Assembly: GCA_034520945.1 (NCBI GenBank)
Contig: JAXHNB010000001.1
Coordinates: forward strand, 224,001-288,000
DNA length: 64,000 nucleotides
Direction: 5' to 3'
DNA from: Trueperaceae bacterium
GTDB taxonomy: Bacteria > Deinococcota > Deinococci > Deinococcales > Trueperaceae
This document shows, piece after piece, positions 52,941 through 61,754 of the stretch. A program made the position numbers and the translations under genes. Positions within the stretch are counted from its first letter, which is position 1, and each line of letters opens with the position of its first letter. A model generated the notes under the pieces. It saw nothing but the letters and a program-made list of their open reading frames with translations, made no database searches and was not told the DNA's origin.

Positions 52941-52976
52941 TCGGCACCCCGCCCGCATCTTGCGGCGGGGTGCCGA
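52941..52976 (+). terminator. hairpin between the GSDH paralogs
   Basis: tcggcaccccgcc...ggcggggtgccga; no U-tract. Confidence 0.45.
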
Positions 52977-53009
52977 CCTGTCCCGCGACGACGAACGAAA
53001 GGACCACGA

Positions 53010-54764
53010 ATGGACGGATGCACCTTCGCTCGCCTGCGCAGGTGGGGGATCGTGGCTGCGGCCGCGATCCTCGCCTTCGCGGGCGCCCAGTCGCCCCCGA
53101 ACGTCGAGGCGGAGCTGGTCGTCGACGGCCTCACCTCCCCCGTGCAGCTGACCGCCCCACCGGATGACCCCCGCCGCTTCGTGGTCGAACAGACCGGTCA
53201 GATCCGCATCCTCCAGGAGGACGGCACCCTGGCGGACACCCCGTTCCTGGATCTCAGCGACCGCATCGTGACGTTGCGCGACGGCTTCGAGGAACGCGGC
53301 CTGTTGGGCCTGGCGTTCCACCCCGAATTCGCGGACAATGGGCGGTTCTACGTGCACTACAGCGCGCCGCTCCGGGAGCGCGCGCCCGACGGCTGGGACC
53401 ACACCGCCCGCATCAGCGAGTTCCGGGTGCCGGCCGACACACCTGATGAGGCCGACCCGAACTCCGAACGCGTGCTACTCCGCGTCGATCATCCCAACCG
53501 CAAGACCAACGCCGGCGCGCTGGCGTTCGGGCCCGACGGCTACCTCTACGCCGCGATCGGCGAGGGTGGCGGCGCGCACGGCATCGGCGAGGTCGCCTTC
53601 GGGGCGCTGGAAGTGCCCGAACGCGGCAACGTCTGGGACGCGCTGGCGCAGGACGTGCACACGCCCTACGGCAAGATCCTGCGATTGGACGTGGATCACG
53701 GTTGGCCCGGCTACGCCGTGCCTGAGTCCAACCCGTTCGTCGGCACGCCCGGGATGGACGAGATCTACGCCTGGGGGTTCCGCAACCACTACCGCATGGC
53801 GTTCGATCACGAGGGTGACGGCGCGCTCTACGTCGCCGCCGTCAGCGAGTCGATCTCGGAAGCGGTGTATCGCGTCGATGGGCCCGGCAACTACGGTTGG
53901 CCCATCCGCGAGGGCACGCATTGTTACGACCGCCAGGCACCGCTCGATCCGCCCGAGGACTGTTCTCGCTATGGGCCCGAGGGGTGGCGCATTCACGATC
54001 CCGTGGTGGCGTACTACAACGTGAACGTCGCCGAGTCCGACATCGACGCCGAGCCGCGCGGCACCGCCGTGGTCGGGGCGCAGGTGTACCGCGGTGACGA
54101 CATCCCCGAGCTGCGCGGACGCCTGCTCGTCGCCGACTACTCGCAGAACCCCCAGGAACCGAGCGGCACGGTGTTCGTGGCTGGGCCCGAGGGCGACGTG
54201 AGCGCGACCTGGCCGCTACGGCAGCTCGTGCAGGTCGACGCCCGCGCGCAAGGTCTGGGCGTGGACGTGGAGGGAGAGGCGTACCTGCTGACCCGTGAAG
54301 CGTTCGCCCCCAGCGGCGATACGGGACGCATCTACCGGCTCGTGCCAGCCAGCGACGACGGCGACGAGGCAGGAGCGGGCGCGTCCGATGGGCAGGACGC
54401 CGGCTCGGCCGACGCCGCCGCAGCGGGATTCTCGTTCACCGCCGCCCAGGCTGAGCAGGGCTCGAGCGTCTACGACGAGCAATGCCAGAGCTGCCACGCA
54501 GACGACCTTCGGGCGCAGGGGCCGTTCCCGCCCCTGACCGGTTCCGAATTCTTCGGCTCCTGGGAGGGCCGTCCCGTCAGCGAGATGTACGCCTTCATCC
54601 GAGGCAACATGCCGCTGGGATCGGCCGGCTCGCTGTCCGATGAAGCGTATGCCGAGGTGATGGCCTACTGGTTGCAACGGCACGGCTACCAGGCCGGCGA
54701 GGCGCCCCTTCCTGGCGACCCCGCCGCCCTGCCGGAGGACGTACCGGTCGAGGACCGCCGTTGA
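53010..54764 (+). CDS. GSDH-family paralog fused to C-terminal cytochrome c
   Basis: ERGLLGLAFHPEF, AFGPDGYLY, GFRNHYR; CQSCH at 54483-54497 and NMP axial Met. Confidence 0.88.
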   Translation: MDGCTFARLRRWGIVAAAAILAFAGAQSPPNVEAELVVDGLTSPVQLTAPPDDPRRFVVEQTGQIRILQEDGTLADTPFLDLSDRIVTLRDGFEERGLLGLAFHPEFADNGRFYVHYSAPLRERAPDGWDHTARISEFRVPADTPDEADPNSERVLLRVDHPNRKTNAGALAFGPDGYLYAAIGEGGGAHGIGEVAFGALEVPERGNVWDALAQDVHTPYGKILRLDVDHGWPGYAVPESNPFVGTPGMDEIYAWGFRNHYRMAFDHEGDGALYVAAVSESISEAVYRVDGPGNYGWPIREGTHCYDRQAPLDPPEDCSRYGPEGWRIHDPVVAYYNVNVAESDIDAEPRGTAVVGAQVYRGDDIPELRGRLLVADYSQNPQEPSGTVFVAGPEGDVSATWPLRQLVQVDARAQGLGVDVEGEAYLLTREAFAPSGDTGRIYRLVPASDDGDEAGAGASDGQDAGSADAAAAGFSFTAAQAEQGSSVYDEQCQSCHADDLRAQGPFPPLTGSEFFGSWEGRPVSEMYAFIRGNMPLGSAGSLSDEAYAEVMAYWLQRHGYQAGEAPLPGDPAALPEDVPVEDRR

Positions 54765-54807
54765 CGCGCCTCGCGCGCCGGCCGTAAGGCCGGGCCGTAG
54801 GCGATGC

Positions 54808-55611
54808 CTACGGCGTGTCCAGCACCGTCACGTCGTCCCCCACGCGCAGCGTCCCCACCCCGTCGTGCAGCAGGTTCTGCCCGAACAGGACGTTGCCGCC
54901 GCGCTTGCGGGTCCGGTTCAGCGTCCGCAGCGGTTCCGGCCCCGCCTCCAGCGTGTCGGGATGCAGGGTCGGGACCACGCAGCGTGCGCAGGGCTTGGCG
55001 ACCCGGAACGCCACCTCGCCGATCCGGATTCGGGTCCAGCCGTCCTCCGCGTAGGGGGCCGCGCCCGACGCCACCAGGTTGGGGCGAAAGCGCACCATCT
55101 CCAGCGGCGCGTCCAGCTGGCGGTTCAGCTCGTCCAACGAGGCGCTGCCGATCAGGTGGAACGGATAGCCGTCCGCGAAGGCGACCCGGTCGTCCGCGTG
55201 GGCGTAGGCGGGGTCGACCCGGCGCGCGCCGTCCGGCGGGAAGACCACCAGTCGGTGCCCCTCGCCCAACACCCGGCCGATCCATTCGTCTGCGCTTCGG
55301 CCGCACGACCAGGCCGTCACGGGGTCGTTCCACACGGTCACGGCGACCTCGCGTGCCGGCGTGGGCGGGCGCGGCAGGTCCAAGTCCGGCAGGCCCGGCG
55401 CGGACAATCGCAGTTGCTCGGCATGAAGCGTGGGCGTGATGCGGCCCAGGCGGGGGTCCTCGCGTTGGCTGCGAAAGCGGCCGCGTCGGTCCACTACCAT
55501 CCAGCGCCGGTCGTCCCGTAGGCCGGTGCGCACCACCTCCGCCGCGTTCAGCGGTACGGCGCGCCCCGACTTCAGCGGGTAGGCGTACAGGGCGCTCAGC
55601 CGCACCGTCAC
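54808..55611 (-). CDS. MOSC domain protein (YcbX/mARC-like, no ferredoxin domain)
   Basis: YPLKS, DRRWMVV, FADGYP, RFRPNLV, KPCARC, FGQN. Confidence 0.9.
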   Translation of the reverse strand: MTVRLSALYAYPLKSGRAVPLNAAEVVRTGLRDDRRWMVVDRRGRFRSQREDPRLGRITPTLHAEQLRLSAPGLPDLDLPRPPTPAREVAVTVWNDPVTAWSCGRSADEWIGRVLGEGHRLVVFPPDGARRVDPAYAHADDRVAFADGYPFHLIGSASLDELNRQLDAPLEMVRFRPNLVASGAAPYAEDGWTRIRIGEVAFRVAKPCARCVVPTLHPDTLEAGPEPLRTLNRTRKRGGNVLFGQNLLHDGVGTLRVGDDVTVLDTP

Positions 55612-55616
55612 CGCGT

Positions 55617-57185
55617 TCAGCCGGCCGACGCGGCTGCGTCGGCGTTGGTGCGCCGGACGGTCTCGTCGCGCAGGCGCGCCAGCGCGGGCGAGAGCGAGAC
55701 GTGGTAGCGGTGCGGGCGCAGGATGCGGCGCACGCCGGGGTAGTGCCGCGCCAGGTCGTTGCGGCACCGCTCGCGCAGCGTCTCCAGCGGCGCCTCGGCC
55801 GCGGTGCGGGCGCCGTCCTGGAAAGCGGGGCTCAGCAACGGTTCGACATCGGAGACGTCGCTGCGCGCGAGGGTGCGGGTGGTGTCGACCTCGCGGGGGT
55901 GATGGGCCACCAGGTCGTCGCCGCCGCGGCGGGGGTCCTCGCCTGCGAGGGTGACCAGGTCGACGGTGGCGTTTCCGAGGGCGTCGTACACGCGCCACAC
56001 GCGCTTGTCGCCCGGCACCAGCGCCTTCGACGGCGTCTCGGACAGCTTGACGGCCGGCAGCCAGCCGTCATCGCCGCGGATCTGCACCAGCTTGTATACG
56101 CCGTCCAGGGCGGCGTCGCCTTCGGAGGTGATCAGGCGGGTCCCGACGCCGTACGCCAGGCGGGAGAGCAGCCGGCCCGCGTCGACGCCGTACGCGCTGG
56201 CCTCCTCCGTGATCTGCGTGCGGATCTGCCACAGGGTGAACTCGTCCAGCTCGTTGGACAGCACGATGGCGGCGTCCTCGAAGCCGGCGTCGTTCAGCTG
56301 GCGGGCCGACTGGATCGCCAGGTGCGCCAGGTCGCCCGAGTCCAGCCGCACGCCGATGGGTTCGTGCCCCCGTTGGCGCAGGCGTTCGAAGGTCCGGATC
56401 GCGTTGGGGATGCCGGAGTCGAGCGTGTCGACGGTATCGACCAGCAGTAGGCAGTCGTCTGGGAACGCCTCGGCGTAGGCGTCGAAGGCGCCGGCCTCGC
56501 CCATGCCGAGCGCCATGAACGCCTGCACCATCGAGTGCGCGTGCGTGCCGGCCGGGCGCGTGCCCAACGCGAACGCCAGGCCCGTGTTCGAGGTGGCGTC
56601 GGCCCCGCCGATCAGGGCGGCGCGCGAGCCGGCGTGGACGCCGCGCTCGTGCCCGCGCCGCATGCCGAAGTCGATCACGGCGCCGCCGTGCGCCGCTTGC
56701 ACCAGCCGCGCCGCCTTCGTCGCGATCAGGGTGGGGTAGTTGAGGTGGTTCAGCAGCGACGTCTCCAGCAGCTGCAGCCCCGCCAGCGGGCCCCGCACGA
56801 TCGCGATGGGGGCGCCGGCGTGCACCACGCGCCCCTCCGGCACGGCGGTGACGGTGACGTCCGCCCCGGCGGGGCGGTCCTGCAGCCACGCCAGGAAGTC
56901 GTCGTCGAACAGGCGCCGCCCGCTACGGCCCGTCACGGCGAGCAGATACGCCAGGTCGCGGCGTTCGAAGCGCGTCCCCTCCAGCCACTCCAGGAACCAG
57001 GCCAGCCCGGCCGTGACGGCGTAGCCGGCCTGATGCCCGCCGTAGTCCGGGTAGGAGCGGAAGAAGTACTCGAACTGGGCCGGGCGCTCGTGCATGCCCT
57101 TCCGGAAGTACAGCTGGGCCATGGTGAGTTGGTACATGTCGGTGAACAGCGCGCCTTGCGCGGTCCGCCAGTCGGTCTCGTTCAT
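55617..57185 (-). CDS. pncB: nicotinate phosphoribosyltransferase
   Basis: TDMYQLTM, DFGMRR, GTHAHS, LVDT.DT, GVRLDSGDL, GVYKL. Confidence 0.93.
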   Translation of the reverse strand: MNETDWRTAQGALFTDMYQLTMAQLYFRKGMHERPAQFEYFFRSYPDYGGHQAGYAVTAGLAWFLEWLEGTRFERRDLAYLLAVTGRSGRRLFDDDFLAWLQDRPAGADVTVTAVPEGRVVHAGAPIAIVRGPLAGLQLLETSLLNHLNYPTLIATKAARLVQAAHGGAVIDFGMRRGHERGVHAGSRAALIGGADATSNTGLAFALGTRPAGTHAHSMVQAFMALGMGEAGAFDAYAEAFPDDCLLLVDTVDTLDSGIPNAIRTFERLRQRGHEPIGVRLDSGDLAHLAIQSARQLNDAGFEDAAIVLSNELDEFTLWQIRTQITEEASAYGVDAGRLLSRLAYGVGTRLITSEGDAALDGVYKLVQIRGDDGWLPAVKLSETPSKALVPGDKRVWRVYDALGNATVDLVTLAGEDPRRGGDDLVAHHPREVDTTRTLARSDVSDVEPLLSPAFQDGARTAAEAPLETLRERCRNDLARHYPGVRRILRPHRYHVSLSPALARLRDETVRRTNADAAASAG

Positions 57186-57778
57186 GATCCCTCCGGGGGG
57201 TCGTGGCGCGCGTACAGCCCGTGCGTGTGCAGGTAGGCCGCCACGGCGTCGGGCACGAGGTAGCGAAGGCTCCGGCCGGCCGCGACGCGGCTGCGGACCA
57301 GCGTGCCCGACACGCCGAACGGCACGGTCTCGATCTTGGTCGCCGCCCGCGCGAACCGTTCGGGCGGGGGCGGCGCCTCCGTGCCGCGCCGGGGAAACAC
57401 CACCATCTGGACGGCTCGGATGAGCGCCTCGGCGCGGTGCCACGTCTCGATCTCGGCCCAGGCGTCGGCCCCGATCAGGTAGGCGAAGGTCGCTTCGGGG
57501 TGGCGTTCCTGCAGGTCCACCACCGTGTCGTACGCGTAGGACGGGCCGCTGCGCCGGATCTCGTCGGCGCGGGCGCGGAACGCCGGGTGGTCCTGTACCG
57601 CCAGGCGGGTCATCTCGAGCCGGTCGAGCGGCGAGGCGTCGGCGGGCTTGTGCGGCGGGTCGCCGGCCGGCAGGAACCACACCTCGTCCAACGGCAGTGC
57701 CTCGCGCGCCTGCTCCGCCATCAGCAGGTGTCCCATGTGCGGCGGGTCGAAGCGCCCCCCGAACAGCCCGACGCGCAT
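57182..57778 (-). CDS. nadD: nicotinate-nucleotide adenylyltransferase
   Basis: GLFGGRFDPPHMGH, PPHK, LIGAD, SGTLVR, YLVP. Confidence 0.93.
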   Translation of the reverse strand: MRVGLFGGRFDPPHMGHLLMAEQAREALPLDEVWFLPAGDPPHKPADASPLDRLEMTRLAVQDHPAFRARADEIRRSGPSYAYDTVVDLQERHPEATFAYLIGADAWAEIETWHRAEALIRAVQMVVFPRRGTEAPPPPERFARAATKIETVPFGVSGTLVRSRVAAGRSLRYLVPDAVAAYLHTHGLYARHDPPEGS

Positions 57779-59927
57779 CAGGCGTCTCCGCCGGGCACGT
57801 CGGGGACGGCCGGCCCGCCGTCTCGCGTCGGCGCGCCCTCGAGGTCGCGCACGCGAGCACGGATGGCGCGGAACTGCCACGACCAGGAGGGATCGATCAG
57901 GAACGGCCGCAGGTCGAAGCGGTGGTCCTCCGGGGCGTACGCCTCGGCGTGATAGGCAGGCGTCGACACGGTGGTCTTGTGGCGGTGCGTGGCGTAGGCG
58001 CGGAAGAAGCGCTCGACCTTGTCGGCCACGCGTGAGGGGGGTGTGTCGGTCCAGGTCACGGCCAGGCGCTCGAACGCCTCCAGTGGGCCGTAGCGCTCGA
58101 TCTTGCGGAGCCGGCCCAGCTCGCCGAGCTCGGCGTAGGTGAGGCCCATCTCGTCCTCGTCGCGCTGCGCCCCCTCGCCGTCCTCCGGGGTCAGCTCCGC
58201 GCTGGGGGCCGCGCCCAGAATGTCGTCCAGCGCCGTGTAGCCCAGCGTGTCGCGCGCCCATGCCAGGAAGCGCCGCAGATCCACCTTCGAGATGCCACCG
58301 ATCGGGTTCAGGTCCGCGGACGAGGTGTCGTACTTGGTGAGGTAGCCCGTCAGGGTCTCGTCCACGTTGGCGGTGCCGACCACCAAGCGCGGGCCCCGCA
58401 CGCCCCGCAGGCTGGGGACGCGCTGCGCCAGCAGGTAGGACGCCACCAGGCGGCTGCGGGCCTGCAGGTTCTGCAGCGCCAGGTCGTCCGCCCGGCTGCC
58501 CCCTTCGCTCCGGAAGCGGAGGGGGCGTCCGTGCCGGGAGGGGCGATGGTGCCCGACACGTCCGCCAGCGACGCGACGGCGTCGTCCAGCGTCACCTCCA
58601 GATGGTCCGCCCCGATCTGTTCGGCCAATGCGCGGGCCCGCGCGCGGCTGGCGTCGGTCGACACCTTCGTGGCCAGGTACGCGGTCGTGACCAGGCGTCC
58701 CGCCAGCGCGCGCGGATCGTCGGGGGGATCCTCCCCGGCCGCCAGGCCTAGGACCGCCCGCAGGTCATGGATCACACCGCGCCGGCCGGCGGCGACCTCG
58801 CGCGCCAGCAGGCGGCACATCGAGCCCAGGATCGTCGCCACCGCCGCCGAGTCGCTGCCCCCCGACAGCGCCAGGAAGAACCCGCCGGCCCCGCTGCGGC
58901 GCAGGTAGTCCCACAACCAGCAGGCGGGGCCAAGGGCGATCTCCTCCTCGACCCGGTGCGTGTGGAGCGCGCGGGGCGGGGTGGCGGCGCGGTGGCGGGC
59001 CGCGTCCACCAGGCGCAGGCCGGTCCGCACGCGCGGGTAGGGCTCGGCCATCGACGCTTGCCGCATGCGGGTGGCGCGCGCGCCGCGGAGCGAGCGCACC
59101 TGGTCCAGGTCCACCTCGGCAGTGATCACCTCGACGTCGCGCGGCGAGAACTGCGACCCTTGCGCCACCACGCCGCCGTTCACCACGATCATGGCGCCGC
59201 CGTCGAAGTACAGGCGCCCCCCGTCGCAGCCCTGCTGGTTGGCGTACAGGTACACGCCGCCGAACCCTTCGGTGGCGGCGCGAATGCGGTGCAGCCGGGT
59301 CTCGAGCTTGCGGAGCTCGTGGTGCGACCCGCTGCCGTTCGCGAAGATCTCGACCCCGTCCAGCCCCAGATCGACGTGGGGGGCGTGGGGCGCGTACAGC
59401 TCTTCGCAACTCTCAGAAGCGACCACCGTGTCGTCGGTGGACACCACCGCGTCGCCGATCGGGACGGTGTCCTGCCCGGTCCGCGCCCGGATGATGGGCG
59501 GCAGCGTGAACGGCTCGGTGCGGCGCGCGTGCCGCCAGGCGGCGAACCAGCGGCCCTCGCGGTAGTTGCCGTCGTCCGCCAGCTCGCGTTTGGGGCGGAC
59601 CAGCAGCACCCGGCGGTCCAACAGGAACACGCGGGCGTTGTAGCGCACCCCGCGGTGCATGAGCGGCATGCCCACGTCGCACAGGATGCCGTCGGTGAGA
59701 TCGTCCGCCAGGAGCTCGGCCAGAACCTCGAACGAGTGCCGCACGGTGTCGCGCTCCAGGAAGTGGTCCTCGCAGCCGTAGCCGGGGATCTCGAGTTCCG
59801 GCCCCAGCCGGAAGCGCGCCCCGCGCGCCTTGGCCTCCTCGATCGAGGCGCGGATGCGGGTCAGGTTGCCGCCGAAGTCAAGCGCCCACTGGTCCAGGTT
59901 GCAGGTCGCGACCGTCGCGACGTTCAC
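57778..59927 (-). CDS. nadE: glutamine-dependent NAD+ synthetase, eukaryote-like (frameshift ~58520)
   Basis: Nitrilase-fold domain (GPELE, RPK, SCEE) plus synthetase domain (LSGGSDS, LALQNLQAR, GYLTKYD.SSAD.NPIG). Confidence 0.92.
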
Positions 59928-60532
59928 GTGCCGCGCGGTTCGAAGCGAAGATCGGCCGCGCGCACCACCTGGCCCAGGTACAGGAAGGTGAGCTGCCGCA
60001 GGGTGGCGTGCAGGTCGAAGTCGCTCAACGCCGAGACGCCGTCCTCGACCAGCGCCACGTCGTACCACCGCAGCGCCGCGGAGGCGGCGGTGTGCTGCAC
60101 GCAGATGTTGGCGACCGTGCCCAACACCACCACGTAGTGAACACCCCACACCCGCAGCTGGTGATCCAGTGGGGTGCCGTAGAAGCCGTCGTAGCGGGGC
60201 TTTTGCATCACCGGCTCCTGCGGTTTGGGGGTGAGCTCCGGCACGATCTCGGCGCCCCACGAGCCGCGGACGGCGTGGCGGGGCCAGACGCGGAACTCCG
60301 GATCGTCCTGCTCGTGCCAGTCCTGGGTGTACGCCACACGGGCGCCGGCCTGGCGGGCGCGGTCCATCACGTCGCGGATCACGGGGACGGTGCTTGCTGC
60401 GCTGGGCACGTGCAGGGCGCCGCCCTCGGCCACGAAGTCGTTCTGCATGTCGACCGTGATCACCGCGGTGCGCTCCGCGGGCAGGCGCAGCCCGTCGCTA
60501 CGGGGGATGTCGGGCACCTCGACGTGCGGCAT
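59924..60532 (-). CDS. pncA: nicotinamidase-like cysteine hydrolase (isochorismatase family)
   Basis: VDMQNDF, QDWH..WPRH, KPRYDGF, GTVANICV; first gene of the NAD salvage operon. Confidence 0.75.
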   Translation of the reverse strand: MPHVEVPDIPRSDGLRLPAERTAVITVDMQNDFVAEGGALHVPSAASTVPVIRDVMDRARQAGARVAYTQDWHEQDDPEFRVWPRHAVRGSWGAEIVPELTPKPQEPVMQKPRYDGFYGTPLDHQLRVWGVHYVVVLGTVANICVQHTAASAALRWYDVALVEDGVSALSDFDLHATLRQLTFLYLGQVVRAADLRFEPRGT

Positions 60533-60605
60533 GGAAACCTCCTCACACAAAGGGTTCGTTCATTCCCGTCAGGCTACCGCGCGACCGTCCTCCAGCGCGT
60601 TTCGC

Positions 60606-60992
60606 TCATCGCGGCGGCGTGGGCGGGTCGTCCTCGCCCTCGGGCGCGTCGAAGTCGCCGTCGGTGCGATCGTACTTCCCCTTCAGCTCGTCGATGCCGG
60701 TGCGTTCCCATAGCGACACGCCGTCGTAGTAGGCGGCGCGGCCCAGCACGTGGGCGGCCACCGGCGCCGTCAGCAGCAGGAACAGGAATACCAGCAGCGC
60801 CTTGGTGGTGGTCGCGGTGGCGCCGAACAGTACGGCGGTGGCGGCCAGGATCAGGCCCGCCCCCAGCGTGCCGGCCTTGGTGGTGGCGTGCATGCGCATG
60901 AACAGGTCGGGGAAGCGGACGGCGCCCAGCGCGGAGACCAGCACGAAGAAGGTCCCGAGCACGAGAAGCAGGATGGCCAATGCCTCAGTCAC
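60606..60992 (-). CDS. mrpG: Mrp Na+/H+ antiporter subunit G
   Basis: RFPDLFMRMHATTKAGTLG, LTAPVAAH. Confidence 0.93.
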   Translation of the reverse strand: MTEALAILLLVLGTFFVLVSALGAVRFPDLFMRMHATTKAGTLGAGLILAATAVLFGATATTTKALLVFLFLLLTAPVAAHVLGRAAYYDGVSLWERTGIDELKGKYDRTDGDFDAPEGEDDPPTPPR

Positions 60993-61284
60993 GGTCGGAC
61001 CTCTGTCGCTCGATGAAGCGCGCGAACGCGATCGTGCCCAGGAAGGAGATAAGCGCCAGCGCGATGGCGGCGTCCAACAGCACGGCGGTCCGCGTGGCGA
61101 TGGCGACCAGGGCGATGACCGACACCGCCATCAGGCCGATCATGTCCAGCGCCATCACGCGGTCGGGCAGGCTGGGACCGCGGATCACGCGGTAGAGGGC
61201 CAGCGCGATCGACACCGCGACGCCCGTCAACGCCAGGTAGGCCGTCACGTCCAGCAGGGCGAAGGACGGGTCGAACAGGATCAC
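60985..61284 (-). CDS. mrpF: Mrp antiporter subunit F
   Basis: GPSLPDRVMALD, FLGTIAFARF. Confidence 0.93.
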   Translation of the reverse strand: MILFDPSFALLDVTAYLALTGVAVSIALALYRVIRGPSLPDRVMALDMIGLMAVSVIALVAIATRTAVLLDAAIALALISFLGTIAFARFIERQRSDRD

Positions 61285-61754
61285 CGGAACACCTCCAGGA
61301 TGCGGCGTTCGAAGCTCGACTTGATGTCACGCACCAACCGCTCCGGGTCGTCCGCGAACATGGCGTGTACGTAGAGGCAGCTCTTGTCCGCGGCCACGTC
61401 GATCGAGAGGGTGCCGGGCGTGAGCGAGATCAGGTTGGCCAGCAGCGTGATCTGCGCGTCGGTGGTCAGGTCCAGCGGGACCGCGATCACGGCCGGCTGA
61501 GCACGCAGGCGCGGGCGGAGCACGTCCACCGCGACGCGCACGCTGGACAGGGCCAACTCGCGCAGGAAGAACAGGAACAGGCCCACGACCCGCACGAAGC
61601 GCACGGCGTAGCGCCGGTCGCCCAGCGCCCCGCCGACGAAGTGCAGGACCACCATGCCGACCCCGAAGCCGATCACGAGGTTCACCTCGGACAGCGATCC
61701 GGTGGCGAACGCCCACATGAACGCCAGCACCAGGTTCAGGCCGAACAGGCTCAT
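61281..61754 (-). CDS. mrpE: Mrp antiporter subunit E
   Basis: LANLISLTPGTLS, LYVHAM, FERRI. Confidence 0.93.
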   Translation of the reverse strand: MSLFGLNLVLAFMWAFATGSLSEVNLVIGFGVGMVVLHFVGGALGDRRYAVRFVRVVGLFLFFLRELALSSVRVAVDVLRPRLRAQPAVIAVPLDLTTDAQITLLANLISLTPGTLSIDVAADKSCLYVHAMFADDPERLVRDIKSSFERRILEVFR

